Assembly: GCA_030593565.1 (NCBI GenBank)
Contig: JAUVGW010000001.1
Span: forward strand, 1 to 53,084
Source of the DNA: Phycisphaerae bacterium
GTDB taxonomy: Bacteria; Planctomycetota; Phycisphaerae; UBA1845; UTPLA1
DNA: 53,084 nucleotides
Direction of reading: 5' to 3'
Shown here: piece after piece, positions 36,606 to 44,916 of the stretch
Layout: each line of letters begins with the position of its first letter
Numbering within the stretch: position 1 is the stretch's first letter
The notes under the pieces: generated by a model
Told to the model about the DNA's origin: nothing
Database searches by the model: none
Seen by the model: only the letters and a program-made list of their open reading frames with translations
Translations under genes and position numbers: made by a program

Positions 36606-37742
36606 ATGACACAGACGGCGATCAAAAACGACACGGCGATTCCCCTGTTGGACCTGAAGGCACAATACGCGACGATCCGCGACGAGATCCGCCCGGTGAT
36701 CGACGAGGTCTGCGACGCACAGTGGTTCATCGGCGGGCCGGAGGTAACCAAGTGCGAAGAAGAGGTCGCCGCGTACAGCGATTGCCGCCATGGCATCGGC
36801 GTCACATCGGGCACTGACGCGATCCTGTGTGGGATGATGGCGCTCGGCATCGGCCCAGGCGACGAGGTGATCCTGCCGTCATTCACCTTCTTCGCGACCG
36901 GCGGCTGTGTCAGCAGGCTCGGCGCGAAGCCCGTCTTCGTCGATAACGACCCGGAAACCTACAACATCACCGGCAAGTCGATCGAATCCGCCATCACTGA
37001 ACGGACGAAGTTGATCGTCCCGGTTCACCTGTTCGGCCAGTGCGCCGACATGCAGTCGATTCTGGAAGTGGCCGACCGCCGGTCGATTCCCGTCATGGAA
37101 GATGCGGCACAGTCCGTCGGCTCGATCCACAAGGGGCAGAAGGCCTGCGCGATGGGACGCCTGGGCACGCTGTCGTTCTTCCCCAGCAAGAACCTCGGCG
37201 CGTTCGGCGATGGCGGCATGATCCTGACGAACGACGACGCGCTCGCGGAACGATGCCGGCTGCTCCGCAACCACGGTGGACACCCGAAATACTATCACAA
37301 GATCGTCGGCGGCAATTTCCGGCTCGACGCGTTGCAGGCCGCGGTCATCCGAATCAAGCTGCGACACCTCGACGGGTGGTCCGCGCAACGAGCCGCAAAC
37401 GCCGCCCGCTACAACGAGCTTTTTGCCGGCAGTGTCGTCAAAACGCCGACCATCGCCGACGGCAACACGTCCATCTACAACCAGTATGTCATCCGTGTGC
37501 CGCGCCGAGACGCGCTTCGCGATCACCTGACCGCCGCCAAGATCGCGACGGAGATATACTATCCCGTGCCACTGCACATGCAGGAGTGCTTCGCCGACCT
37601 CGGCTGCAAGCGCGGCGATCTGCCGCACTGCGAAAAGGCGGCGGATGAAGTCCTCGCCCTGCCCATCTACCCCGAACTGACGAAGGACCAACAGGAGCGA
37701 ATCGCCGCCGCCATCCTGTCGTTCCTGAACGCCGGAGGCTAA
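36606..37742 (+). CDS. DegT/DnrJ/EryC1/StrS-family PLP-dependent sugar aminotransferase
   Basis: The family is typical throughout, including FFPSKNLGAFGDGG (PLP lysine). Confidence 0.9.
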   Translation: MTQTAIKNDTAIPLLDLKAQYATIRDEIRPVIDEVCDAQWFIGGPEVTKCEEEVAAYSDCRHGIGVTSGTDAILCGMMALGIGPGDEVILPSFTFFATGGCVSRLGAKPVFVDNDPETYNITGKSIESAITERTKLIVPVHLFGQCADMQSILEVADRRSIPVMEDAAQSVGSIHKGQKACAMGRLGTLSFFPSKNLGAFGDGGMILTNDDALAERCRLLRNHGGHPKYYHKIVGGNFRLDALQAAVIRIKLRHLDGWSAQRAANAARYNELFAGSVVKTPTIADGNTSIYNQYVIRVPRRDALRDHLTAAKIATEIYYPVPLHMQECFADLGCKRGDLPHCEKAADEVLALPIYPELTKDQQERIAAAILSFLNAGG

Positions 37743-37754
37743 TCCTGATTATTC

Positions 37755-37916
37755 AAACCACAGAGACCGCAGAGAACACAGAGTGTTGTTGAGAAAATAA
37801 TTATGGCGGAATCCGAGTACGTTCTGTTCTGACGGTGTGCATCTTCCGTCATCCTGTGGCGGCTTCGCTATGTCCTTTTCTGGCATTTCTCTGTGATCTC
37901 TGTGTGCTCTGTGGTG
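37755..37916. repeat. About 160-bp element with CACAGAG-rich terminal inverted repeats (family I)
   Basis: AACCACAGAGACCGCAGAGAACACAGAG (37755-37782) pairs with CTCTGTGATCTCTGTGTGCTCTGTGGTG (37889-37916). The centre is AT-richer. Confidence 0.75.
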
Positions 37917-37964
37917 AATCATCTGGGCTAATCCGCGTTTCTCACGAGTGATCAGAGCCGCGAT

Positions 37965-39122
37965 GTGACGACGATTGCGACAGTGACCATGGGTGCGATG
38001 TTCCCGACCGACATCGGCTGGCTGGCTCCGTTCGTGCTGGCGTTTTGCGCCGCGTTGGTGACGGTCCCCATCCTGAGGCGAGTCGCCTCCCAATTCGACC
38101 TATACGACCGCCCGGATGCCGGCCTGAAGCCCCACGAGAAGCCTATCCCATTCTTGGGCGGCCTCGCGATTTGGGCCGGCTGGATGGCATTCTTGCTTCT
38201 GTGGATGGGCTGGTATCGCGGTCTGTCCTCCGCTTGGCCCCCGGCCTATGTCGCCATCGGCGGCAGCCTCCTGATGTTGTTGGGGCTCGTCGACGACATC
38301 CGCCATCTGCCGCCCAAGCTGCGGTTGCTCGCACAGGCCCTTGTCGCGGGTCTGCTGCTGTACGGAGGCATCGGACGAGGGATTGCGGAATCCATGATTG
38401 GACAGACGGGCTGGGCTGTCGGTGACACCACGGGCTACCTGCTGAGCGTCCTATTCTGCATATTCGTTCTCGCCGGCGCGGCCAACTCCACGAACATGAT
38501 CGACGGGCTCGACGGACTGTGCGCCGGCATCCTAGGCATCGCCTCGGCCGGTTTCTTCGCAATGGCGATCATCTTGTGGGACGTGCCGGGCGGCCCCGCA
38601 ATGCCGGACCATGCCGCGCTGGTCCTGGCCATCTGCGCCGCCACGGTGGCGGCCTGCGGCGCTTTCCTGTGCTACAACTTCAACCCCGCTTCGATCTTCA
38701 TGGGGGACAGTGGATCGCTGCTACTCGGCTTCAATGCCGCAGCCTGCATCATCCTGCTAACCGAGCACGCCGCGTGGCGGGGCTTGGTTGGGGCCGTGAT
38801 CGTGTTTGGATTCCCCATCTTCGATACGGCACTGGCGATCGCCCGACGCAAGCTCAACGGCAAGCCGCTATTCGTGGGCGATCGCAGCCATTTCTACGAC
38901 CAGTTGCGCGATCGAGGGTTGTCGGTTCGGCAAACCGTGGCAATCTGCTACGGTCTCGGCCTCGCCTTCGCGGCCATCGGCTGCATCTGTGTGATGCTGC
39001 CGACCGGCTGGCTCGTCGCCGTGGCAGTCGGGATGCCCATCCTCACCGCGGCAGTATGCCGACAACTCGGCATGTTACGCGTCGACGACGCGGCGGAACG
39101 ATCCGAGGGATTGAGGGGTTGA
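37965..39122 (+). CDS. Polyprenyl-phosphate N-acetylhexosamine-1-phosphate transferase (WecA/MraY family, GT4 membrane family)
   Basis: It is multi-pass, with DDIRHLPPKLR, NSTNMIDGLDGL and MGDSGS motifs. It opens with GTG at 37965; an ATG at 37989 is an alternative start. Confidence 0.85.
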   Translation: MTTIATVTMGAMFPTDIGWLAPFVLAFCAALVTVPILRRVASQFDLYDRPDAGLKPHEKPIPFLGGLAIWAGWMAFLLLWMGWYRGLSSAWPPAYVAIGGSLLMLLGLVDDIRHLPPKLRLLAQALVAGLLLYGGIGRGIAESMIGQTGWAVGDTTGYLLSVLFCIFVLAGAANSTNMIDGLDGLCAGILGIASAGFFAMAIILWDVPGGPAMPDHAALVLAICAATVAACGAFLCYNFNPASIFMGDSGSLLLGFNAAACIILLTEHAAWRGLVGAVIVFGFPIFDTALAIARRKLNGKPLFVGDRSHFYDQLRDRGLSVRQTVAICYGLGLAFAAIGCICVMLPTGWLVAVAVGMPILTAAVCRQLGMLRVDDAAERSEGLRG

Positions 39123-39178
39123 GGGGCCGAGGGATCAGGGGATCGAGGGATCGGGTGGTCGAGGAATCGGGGGATCAG
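39100..39178. repeat. Short-period GGGATC-type tandem repeat (family J1)
   Basis: gagggattgaggggttgaggggccgagggatcaggggatcgagggatcgggtggtcgaggaatcgggggatc. It overlaps the last codons of the WecA-like gene. Confidence 0.7.
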
Positions 39179-39180
39179 AA

Positions 39181-39277
39181 CCGCCCCGGAGGGGCGGACG
39201 CGAGTAGCCACGGGTGGAGCGAAGCGGAACCCGTGGATACCGTGCGTGCAAATCCCGCCGCCCCGGAGGGGCGGACG
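39181..39277. repeat. REP-K unit, forward orientation
   Basis: CCGCCCCGGAGGGGCGGACGCGAGTAGCCACGGGTGGAGCGAAGCGGAACCCGTGG...CCGCCCCGGAGGGGCGGAC, i.e. three hairpins. It is homologous to 52945-53041. Confidence 0.85.
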
Positions 39278-39312
39278 AGGCCAGCGGCGCGATCTTCCGG
39301 ATGTTCGCGTTC

Positions 39313-39400
39313 CGTCCGCCCCTCCGGGGCGGCATCTGTCTTGCCGACCGGCTTTCCACGGGCTGCGCCCGTGGCTACTCGCGTTGGCCCCTCCGGGGCC
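39313..39400. repeat. REP-K unit, inverted orientation
   Basis: GTCCGCCCCTCCGGGGCGG...CCACGGGCTGCGCCCGTGGCTACTCGCGTTGGCCCCTCCGGGGCC is the reverse complement pattern of the forward unit. Confidence 0.8.
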
Positions 39401-39500
39401 CTTTGCGATGGTCTGCCTGCCAGCGTACCCTACGGAACTGGGTCATGGTCGCACCGCGTGGGTAAAACCCGAGTCCGGCCCCCGCGCGCGTGGTAGCCGA

Positions 39501-40415
39501 ATGATGGGGCGAGATATGAACACCGCAAATGACATACTTCGCCGCACCCGGACTCAGAATGCTGAGTTCGTCATCGAATCGATCAAAGAGCTTGGACTTC
39601 AGCCGCACCCGCAGTCGCGTCTGATGCAGATGTATCGGGTATTGACCGGTGAAGAAGGTATCATTCAGCCCGATCACGCGGAGTTCGAGGTCGCGCTTGA
39701 AGCGGAGCGAGATTTCAACGTGCTTGGCTTTGTTTTCGATCAGGCTCGGGCGCACGCGCTAGATTCTGGATTCATACGGTTGGTTAAAGACGTATTGAAG
39801 GACTCCCTGTTTCCTAATGAGGATCGCACACAGTCAAAGGGTCGTGACGCGCAATTCGAACTCTTCGTGGCGGCGATCTGCCAAGCTGCCAACCTTACCC
39901 CCGTTGTAAGGGAGGAGCCCGATGTAACTTGCCACATTGATGGCATCAAGTTTGGCATTGCGGCAAAGCGTATCAAGAGCACTTCGAGTCTCGAAAAACG
40001 CGTGCGCAAGGGTGCGAAACAGATTAACGCAGCAGGCTTACCTGGCGTCGTTGCTCTCGAAATGACTGAAGCGTTGAACCCAGACAATGACAGGATCACA
40101 ACACCGATATCAGACAATCAGATTGGACGGCTGTACAGCCAAGCTCTGAGGGAATACATGGGCGGCGACCTCGGTCGCCTTCAGGAGTGGGTAGGTGACA
40201 AAGGCGTCTGCGGTGTTGTTATCCACTACCAGCAAGTGCGACGTCTACCGAACGGGGAATGGTCCCTGGACGGGATGACCTTGCGTGTGAAAACTGCTCG
40301 AAGAAGCCGGCGCCTCAATCGAGAGTACGCGATGTTCGACACGCACTATTGGAAGGGACTTCCCAATGTGGAGATGGTGCCGCGTGCTACGCCTTCACGG
40401 GCGAAGCCCGGGTAG
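39501..40415 (+). CDS. Hypothetical protein, apparently lower GC than its neighbours, with a PD-(D/E)xK-like signature
   Basis: The ORF upstream of 39501 is REP-K sequence, so I chose the ATG at 39501 (MMGRDMNTAND). The core GRDAQFELFVAAICQAANL..EEPDVTCHIDGIKFGIAAKRIKS fits a helix-Glu / PD / x-x-K arrangement. No family is recognised with confidence. Confidence 0.6.
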   Translation: MMGRDMNTANDILRRTRTQNAEFVIESIKELGLQPHPQSRLMQMYRVLTGEEGIIQPDHAEFEVALEAERDFNVLGFVFDQARAHALDSGFIRLVKDVLKDSLFPNEDRTQSKGRDAQFELFVAAICQAANLTPVVREEPDVTCHIDGIKFGIAAKRIKSTSSLEKRVRKGAKQINAAGLPGVVALEMTEALNPDNDRITTPISDNQIGRLYSQALREYMGGDLGRLQEWVGDKGVCGVVIHYQQVRRLPNGEWSLDGMTLRVKTARRSRRLNREYAMFDTHYWKGLPNVEMVPRATPSRAKPG

Positions 40416-40539
40416 GCATGTTTGACCCTACGCCAACATGCTTGCCCGCGACTTCGTCGCGTGAAAGCATGGCACCCGGCTCGACATTCCCCACCGCACA
40501 CGGTTGACCGTGCAACGGGGGGACATACCATGTCGAGGC

Positions 40540-42111
40540 ATGATCCCTGTGCGTCGTATTCTTGTTTTGGCGTGCATTGCCGTCGCGGCCGGTGGCTGTG
40601 CGGACCTACACTATGACAACACTGCCGCGTCGTTCGATCGGCCGTTCAGGGGCGGCGATGATTCGCTCGGCAACATTTGGCTCAAGACGAGCTATCTGTA
40701 TCCGGCCCGCGACCTGCTCACATTAGACCCGCTATACCGGCTCCTGACCGGCGATGCAGCATGGAATGTCACGGCAGACGACGGTGTGGCCGATGGACCG
40801 TTCTTCACTAACCGCGACATCCGCGCCTTGTCCGCCGCGCAAGCAGGCCTGGGGCCGGCCACCGAACCGCCGCCCATTGCGCCGTGGCGCGTGAAGAAGG
40901 CGAAGCGGAAAGGCCTCACCCCCGGCTTCATTGGCGAGGATGCCACCGGACGGACGTTTCTGGTCAAGCTCGATCATCCCGACTATCCGGAGTTGGGCAC
41001 CTCGTCGGAGATCATCGGCTCCCGCCTGGCGTGGCTGCTGGGTTATCACGTACCGGCCGTCTACCTGGTCACGATCGAAGGCACCGGCGACCCGCGTTAT
41101 GACGGCCGCCGCGCAACGGCCTCGTTGTTCGTGCCTGGCGAAGTCGTCGGCGGATTCAAGTTCGACCACTATCGGATGCGCCGCGAGGTGCGGGCATTGC
41201 GGTTGGTGGCGGCATGGCTGAACGACACGGATCGCGGTGACAACAATACGCTGGCGACTGTACGCAGAGTGCCACTGGCGGCTCGTCCGCCAGTGTTGTG
41301 TGATGAATCGCAGGCGAGTTCCGGCCGCTGGTGCGAGAATCCTTTCTCGCACCCACTCCGCCGGGCGACGTGCTACCTGGTCGACTTCAACTCCTGCCTC
41401 GGCAGTTGGAACGGACGCCCCAAGGAACCGTGGCGCGGGTGGCGGCACGCGTGGGATGTGGAATACCAGTTAATATGGCTTGCGACGTTCGGGTTCCTGC
41501 CGCGACTGCCCGACTCCATTGAGGTCTGGAGCCCGGCCGTGGGTTCGTATGACCCAATGGCGAGGCGCGACGCGCGGCACTGGCGATCTCAGAATCCGAA
41601 TACCGCCTTCCAACGCCTTACGCCGTCCGACGCCGAGTGGATCGCGCAACGCATCGCCGCCGTGTCTTGCGCCCAACTGAGGGGCATCGTCTCCGCCGCG
41701 GCATTCACACGTGCGGACGACGCCGAGGCGGTCTTGACGCTGCTGTTGAAGCGGCGTCGGCAGGTCCTGGCGGCATGGGGATTGGAATACCTATTGGACG
41801 ATCGCCCCCCCGAGCCCCCAACGGGGGCGGCGGATCAGAGCCCCGAGCGCAAGCGAGTGGGTCTTTGTGGACGGACCGTTGGCCTTCAGACCCACTCGCT
41901 TGCGCTCGGGGCTCGGATCGAGTGCCCCTCGCGGGCAAAAACAGGTGCCACGCTGCTCATTCGCGAGCCGCCTAATATGACAGCGCTACATGCGTCCAAG
42001 AGCCCCCGACCTTGGTCGGGGGGTTGCTTTCCGACACGCGGGAACGTACCCCCCGAGCAAGCTCGGGGGCTCTTGGGCGCCGCCAACGCCTATCTAGCGC
42101 TGTCATACTAA
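40540..42111 (+). CDS. Lipoprotein with protein-kinase-like (PI3K/HipA/ePK-type) motifs; the last roughly 100 codons are repeat-derived
   Basis: Lipobox IAVAAGGC. Motifs are GRTFLVKLD, SSEIIGSRL, WLNDTDRGDNN and YLVDFNSCLG. From about 41815 the ORF reads through REP-G and MITE-F2. Confidence 0.65.
   Translation: MIPVRRILVLACIAVAAGGCADLHYDNTAASFDRPFRGGDDSLGNIWLKTSYLYPARDLLTLDPLYRLLTGDAAWNVTADDGVADGPFFTNRDIRALSAAQAGLGPATEPPPIAPWRVKKAKRKGLTPGFIGEDATGRTFLVKLDHPDYPELGTSSEIIGSRLAWLLGYHVPAVYLVTIEGTGDPRYDGRRATASLFVPGEVVGGFKFDHYRMRREVRALRLVAAWLNDTDRGDNNTLATVRRVPLAARPPVLCDESQASSGRWCENPFSHPLRRATCYLVDFNSCLGSWNGRPKEPWRGWRHAWDVEYQLIWLATFGFLPRLPDSIEVWSPAVGSYDPMARRDARHWRSQNPNTAFQRLTPSDAEWIAQRIAAVSCAQLRGIVSAAAFTRADDAEAVLTLLLKRRRQVLAAWGLEYLLDDRPPEPPTGAADQSPERKRVGLCGRTVGLQTHSLALGARIECPSRAKTGATLLIREPPNMTALHASKSPRPWSGGCFPTRGNVPPEQARGLLGAANAYLALSY
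41833..41919. repeat. REP-G perfect 27-bp palindrome
   Basis: GAGCCCCGAGCGCAAGCGAGTGGGTCT, 23 nt, then AGACCCACTCGCTTGCGCTCGGGGCTC. Confidence 0.9.
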
Positions 42112-42118
42112 ACAGTCA
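41971..42118. mobile_element. MITE-like element, family F, copy 2 (about 148 bp)
   Basis: CCTAATATGACAGCGC..GCGCTGTCATACTAAACAGTCA, with the same core as copy 1. Confidence 0.8.
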
Positions 42119-42227
42119 TGGACCCCCCGAACATCGACAGGGTCTCGCGGGCTTGTCGCTACCCGAACGTACCGGCTAGAATGCCAGTGCCCGTCGGCGC
42201 GAGGCGAGGTCATGGCGGCGAACCGCG

Positions 42228-43106
42228 ATGGCAGACTCGCGCATTGGCACGGATGTAGCGAGGGCACGGATGAAGGGAAGTCAAACCGTGAGCAGCAACG
42301 TTGCCGGCGTGCGACGCCGGATATCCGACAATCTCAAGCGGATTCGCGAGCGGATCGCCGCGGCCTGTGACCGCACCAAGCGAGATCCGGATGCCGTGCG
42401 GGTCGTTGCTGTGTGCAAGTACGTCGAGATGGACATCCTGCGCCAAACGTTGGAGGTCGGCCTGCTCGATATCGGTGAGAGCCGCGCGCAGCAGCTCAAC
42501 CAGCGTGCCGGCATGCTTCAGGAACTCAGCCAGCGCAGAAGCGTCCTGGCGAGCGGCACAGGCGCGAAAAAGGATGCTCGCGTCGTCGGCCCGCCGCGTC
42601 CGCGATGGCACATGGTGGGGCACTTGCAACGAAACAAGGTCAAGCTGGTCGTGCCCTGGGCGGAGCTGATCCACAGCGTCGACAGCCTGCGCCTGGCCGA
42701 AGACCTCCACAAGCAGGCGACGAGTGTCGGCCGCGTCGTGAACATCCTGCTGCAGGTCAACACCAGCGCCGAGAAGGCTAAGTTCGGCATCGCTGTCGGG
42801 GCGGTTTCGCATCTTGCCGAGCATTTCATCGAATGGCCCGGCATTCGCTTGTGTGGACTGATGACCATGGGGCCGCTGGAGGGGACGCCGTATGAAGTCC
42901 GCCTATGCTTCGACCGCCTGCGCGACGTCTTCGACGACCTGCGCGGCGAGCGATATCTCGGCCCGCATTTCAACGTATTGTCGATGGGCATGAGCGGCGA
43001 TTTCGAGATGGGCATCGAAGCCGGCGCGACCATGATTCGCATCGGCACCGCCCTGTTTGAAGGCCTGCCGACCACGGCAGGCTTGTCGCATGGGGACGAT
43101 CCGTGA
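42228..43106 (+). CDS. yggS: YggS-family pyridoxal-phosphate homeostasis protein (PLPBP)
   Basis: VRVVAVCKYV (PLP Lys), WHMVGHLQRNKVK and LSMGMSGDFE motifs. The start may be the internal Met at 42270. There is a roughly 25-aa insertion before WHMVGHLQ. Confidence 0.85.
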   Translation: MADSRIGTDVARARMKGSQTVSSNVAGVRRRISDNLKRIRERIAAACDRTKRDPDAVRVVAVCKYVEMDILRQTLEVGLLDIGESRAQQLNQRAGMLQELSQRRSVLASGTGAKKDARVVGPPRPRWHMVGHLQRNKVKLVVPWAELIHSVDSLRLAEDLHKQATSVGRVVNILLQVNTSAEKAKFGIAVGAVSHLAEHFIEWPGIRLCGLMTMGPLEGTPYEVRLCFDRLRDVFDDLRGERYLGPHFNVLSMGMSGDFEMGIEAGATMIRIGTALFEGLPTTAGLSHGDDP

Positions 43107-43372
43107 TTTTCGGCGGGCGAGATTTATTCGAGTTCTGGCGGCTGGCCCTGACGACCACCTGCTGCATCTACGCCGCAGTCATGATGGCCCGTTCGCTGTG
43201 GCGGCTCGCGGTGTTCCTATCGGGCGCCGACCGGACCGCGTCGATGATGCGCAGCTATGTTGTCGTCCAGATTATGCGATTACGGCTGCGCCGCTTCACC
43301 GGGGAGTTCGTCCGGATCGGCTCGTGGCTCGTAATCCTGGCCGCCGTCCTGTATGCCCACACTAGGATTTAG
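43103..43372 (+). CDS. Small hypothetical membrane protein (2 predicted TM helices)
   Basis: The GTG start overlaps the yggS stop (GTGA). There are two hydrophobic segments. No YggT motifs are recognised. Confidence 0.45.
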   Translation: MIFGGRDLFEFWRLALTTTCCIYAAVMMARSLWRLAVFLSGADRTASMMRSYVVVQIMRLRLRRFTGEFVRIGSWLVILAAVLYAHTRI

Positions 43373-43380
43373 AGCAGTTT

Positions 43381-43473
43381 AAGAAATGGTGTAGCGGCCG
43401 ACGCCCCTGTCGGCCGTCAAGAGTGGTTGGATTTCGTCGTCCGACACGGGGGTCGGACGCTACAGGGTTTCTT
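43381..43473. repeat. REP-B copy 1
   Basis: GTAGCGGCCGACGCCCCTGTCGGCCG..CGTCCGACACGGGGGTCGGACGCTAC, flanked by AAGAAA/TTTCTT. Confidence 0.85.
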
Positions 43474-43550
43474 AAGGCGCTAACGCCTCGGTGATCTCCG
43501 CGGTCTCCGGCGTAAGGATCAACCGGGAAAATCGCGACGAAAGCACGCCA

Positions 43551-44876
43551 ATGGACATCATCCTGTGGGTCTGGCTCGGGCTGACGGTCGTGACCTTCCT
43601 CGTGTGGACGGGTCGCCATCTTCAGATCGGCAAGGTCGCGCGGCTGATGCCGCCGCTACGCTCCGGCATGTACGCCGAGGCCGTCGATGAATCGTCGTCG
43701 GCCGGTCATTCACCCGACGAAACCGAACTCGCGCCACCCGTGTCCATCCTCGTGGCGGCCAAGGACGAGGAGTCGAACATCGAGGCCTGCCTCCAATCGC
43801 TTCTGCGGCAGGACTACCCGGACTACGAGGTCATCGCGATTGACGACAGGAGCGCCGACCGCACCGCCGAGTTGATCGACGCGGCCGCCGCCGCGGACAG
43901 CCGCGTCACCGCACTGCACATCAAGGAGATCAAGCCGGGCTGGTTCGGCAAGCCCAACGCCATGCGTGAAGGCGGCGACCGCGCCCGAGGCGAGTGGCTG
44001 TGCTTCACCGACGCCGACTGCGTGTTCGTCTCGCCAAGGGCGCTCACCGTCGCGCTGCGATACGCCATGGACAAGGGCGCGGATTTCCTGTCCGTGCTGC
44101 CCGCCCATGAAACGGGCAGCTTCTGGGAACGCCTGATCCAGCCCGCGTGTAGCGGCATCCTGATGATCTGGTTCAATCCGATGCACGTCAACGATCCCAA
44201 GCGCCCCACCGCCTATGCCAATGGTGCATTCATCCTGATGCGACGATCTTGCTACGATGCCATCGACGGGTTCGACCGCGTCAAGGCCGAGATCAACGAA
44301 GACATGCGCCTTGCCCGACAGGCCAAGCAGGCCGGGCATCGCCTCGCCGTCGTCTCGAACGACGACCTGTACACCGTGCGGATGTACGATTCCGTCGCAG
44401 AATGTTGGTCGGGCTGGACCCGCATTTTTTACGGCTGCTTCGGCACATTTCGACGGCTCGCCGCGTCGATGGCGCTCGTGACGACGTTCAGTCTACTCCC
44501 GTGGATCGCCCTGGCCGCCGGCATCGGTGTAACATGCCTCGGCACGGAATTCTCGATCAGCAGTACGGAACTTTCCCCCGATAGCGCGGGGCTTTCCATC
44601 GATGGCACGGAACCGTCCGCCGGCTGGCTCCGCCTGGCCTGGACCGCTGCCGCCGCTTGCGTCGCCCAGATCACCGTCATGCTTCGCTTCTACGCGATGA
44701 ACCGCTCACATCCGCTATACGGCCTGCTATACCCCATCGGCGCCGCCATCGGCCTCGCCGTCCTCGTCAACGCCACCCTCCGAATAGGCGGCCGCCGTTC
44801 CGTCACCTGGCGCGGTACGACCTACCGCGACGGACGCCTCGTCGAGACGACCCCCTCGCCCACAGACCATCCTTGA
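43551..44876 (+). CDS. Membrane-bound family 2 glycosyltransferase (CrtQ/HpnB/ceramide-glucosyltransferase-like architecture)
   Basis: An N-terminal TM helix, VSILVAAKDEE..DYEVIAIDDRSADRT, WFGKPNAM, FTDADCVF and C-terminal TM helices. The ORF opens at GTG 43491. Confidence 0.8.
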   Translation: MDIILWVWLGLTVVTFLVWTGRHLQIGKVARLMPPLRSGMYAEAVDESSSAGHSPDETELAPPVSILVAAKDEESNIEACLQSLLRQDYPDYEVIAIDDRSADRTAELIDAAAAADSRVTALHIKEIKPGWFGKPNAMREGGDRARGEWLCFTDADCVFVSPRALTVALRYAMDKGADFLSVLPAHETGSFWERLIQPACSGILMIWFNPMHVNDPKRPTAYANGAFILMRRSCYDAIDGFDRVKAEINEDMRLARQAKQAGHRLAVVSNDDLYTVRMYDSVAECWSGWTRIFYGCFGTFRRLAASMALVTTFSLLPWIALAAGIGVTCLGTEFSISSTELSPDSAGLSIDGTEPSAGWLRLAWTAAAACVAQITVMLRFYAMNRSHPLYGLLYPIGAAIGLAVLVNATLRIGGRRSVTWRGTTYRDGRLVETTPSPTDHP

Positions 44877-44916
44877 CCAAGGACCACCGGCCGGCCCCAG
44901 ACTCGGCCACCCTACA

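Noticed and set aside
39246-39500. N-terminal 85 residues of the 389-aa ORF
   Set aside because: This part is translated from REP-K repeats (..PPRRGGRGQ.., ..LALAPPGPFA..). The coding-looking sequence starts at the Met at 39501.
43103-43372. YggT (the usual yggS neighbour)
   Set aside because: The 89-aa product has two hydrophobic helices, but I do not recognise any YGGT-family motif. I kept it as a hypothetical membrane protein.
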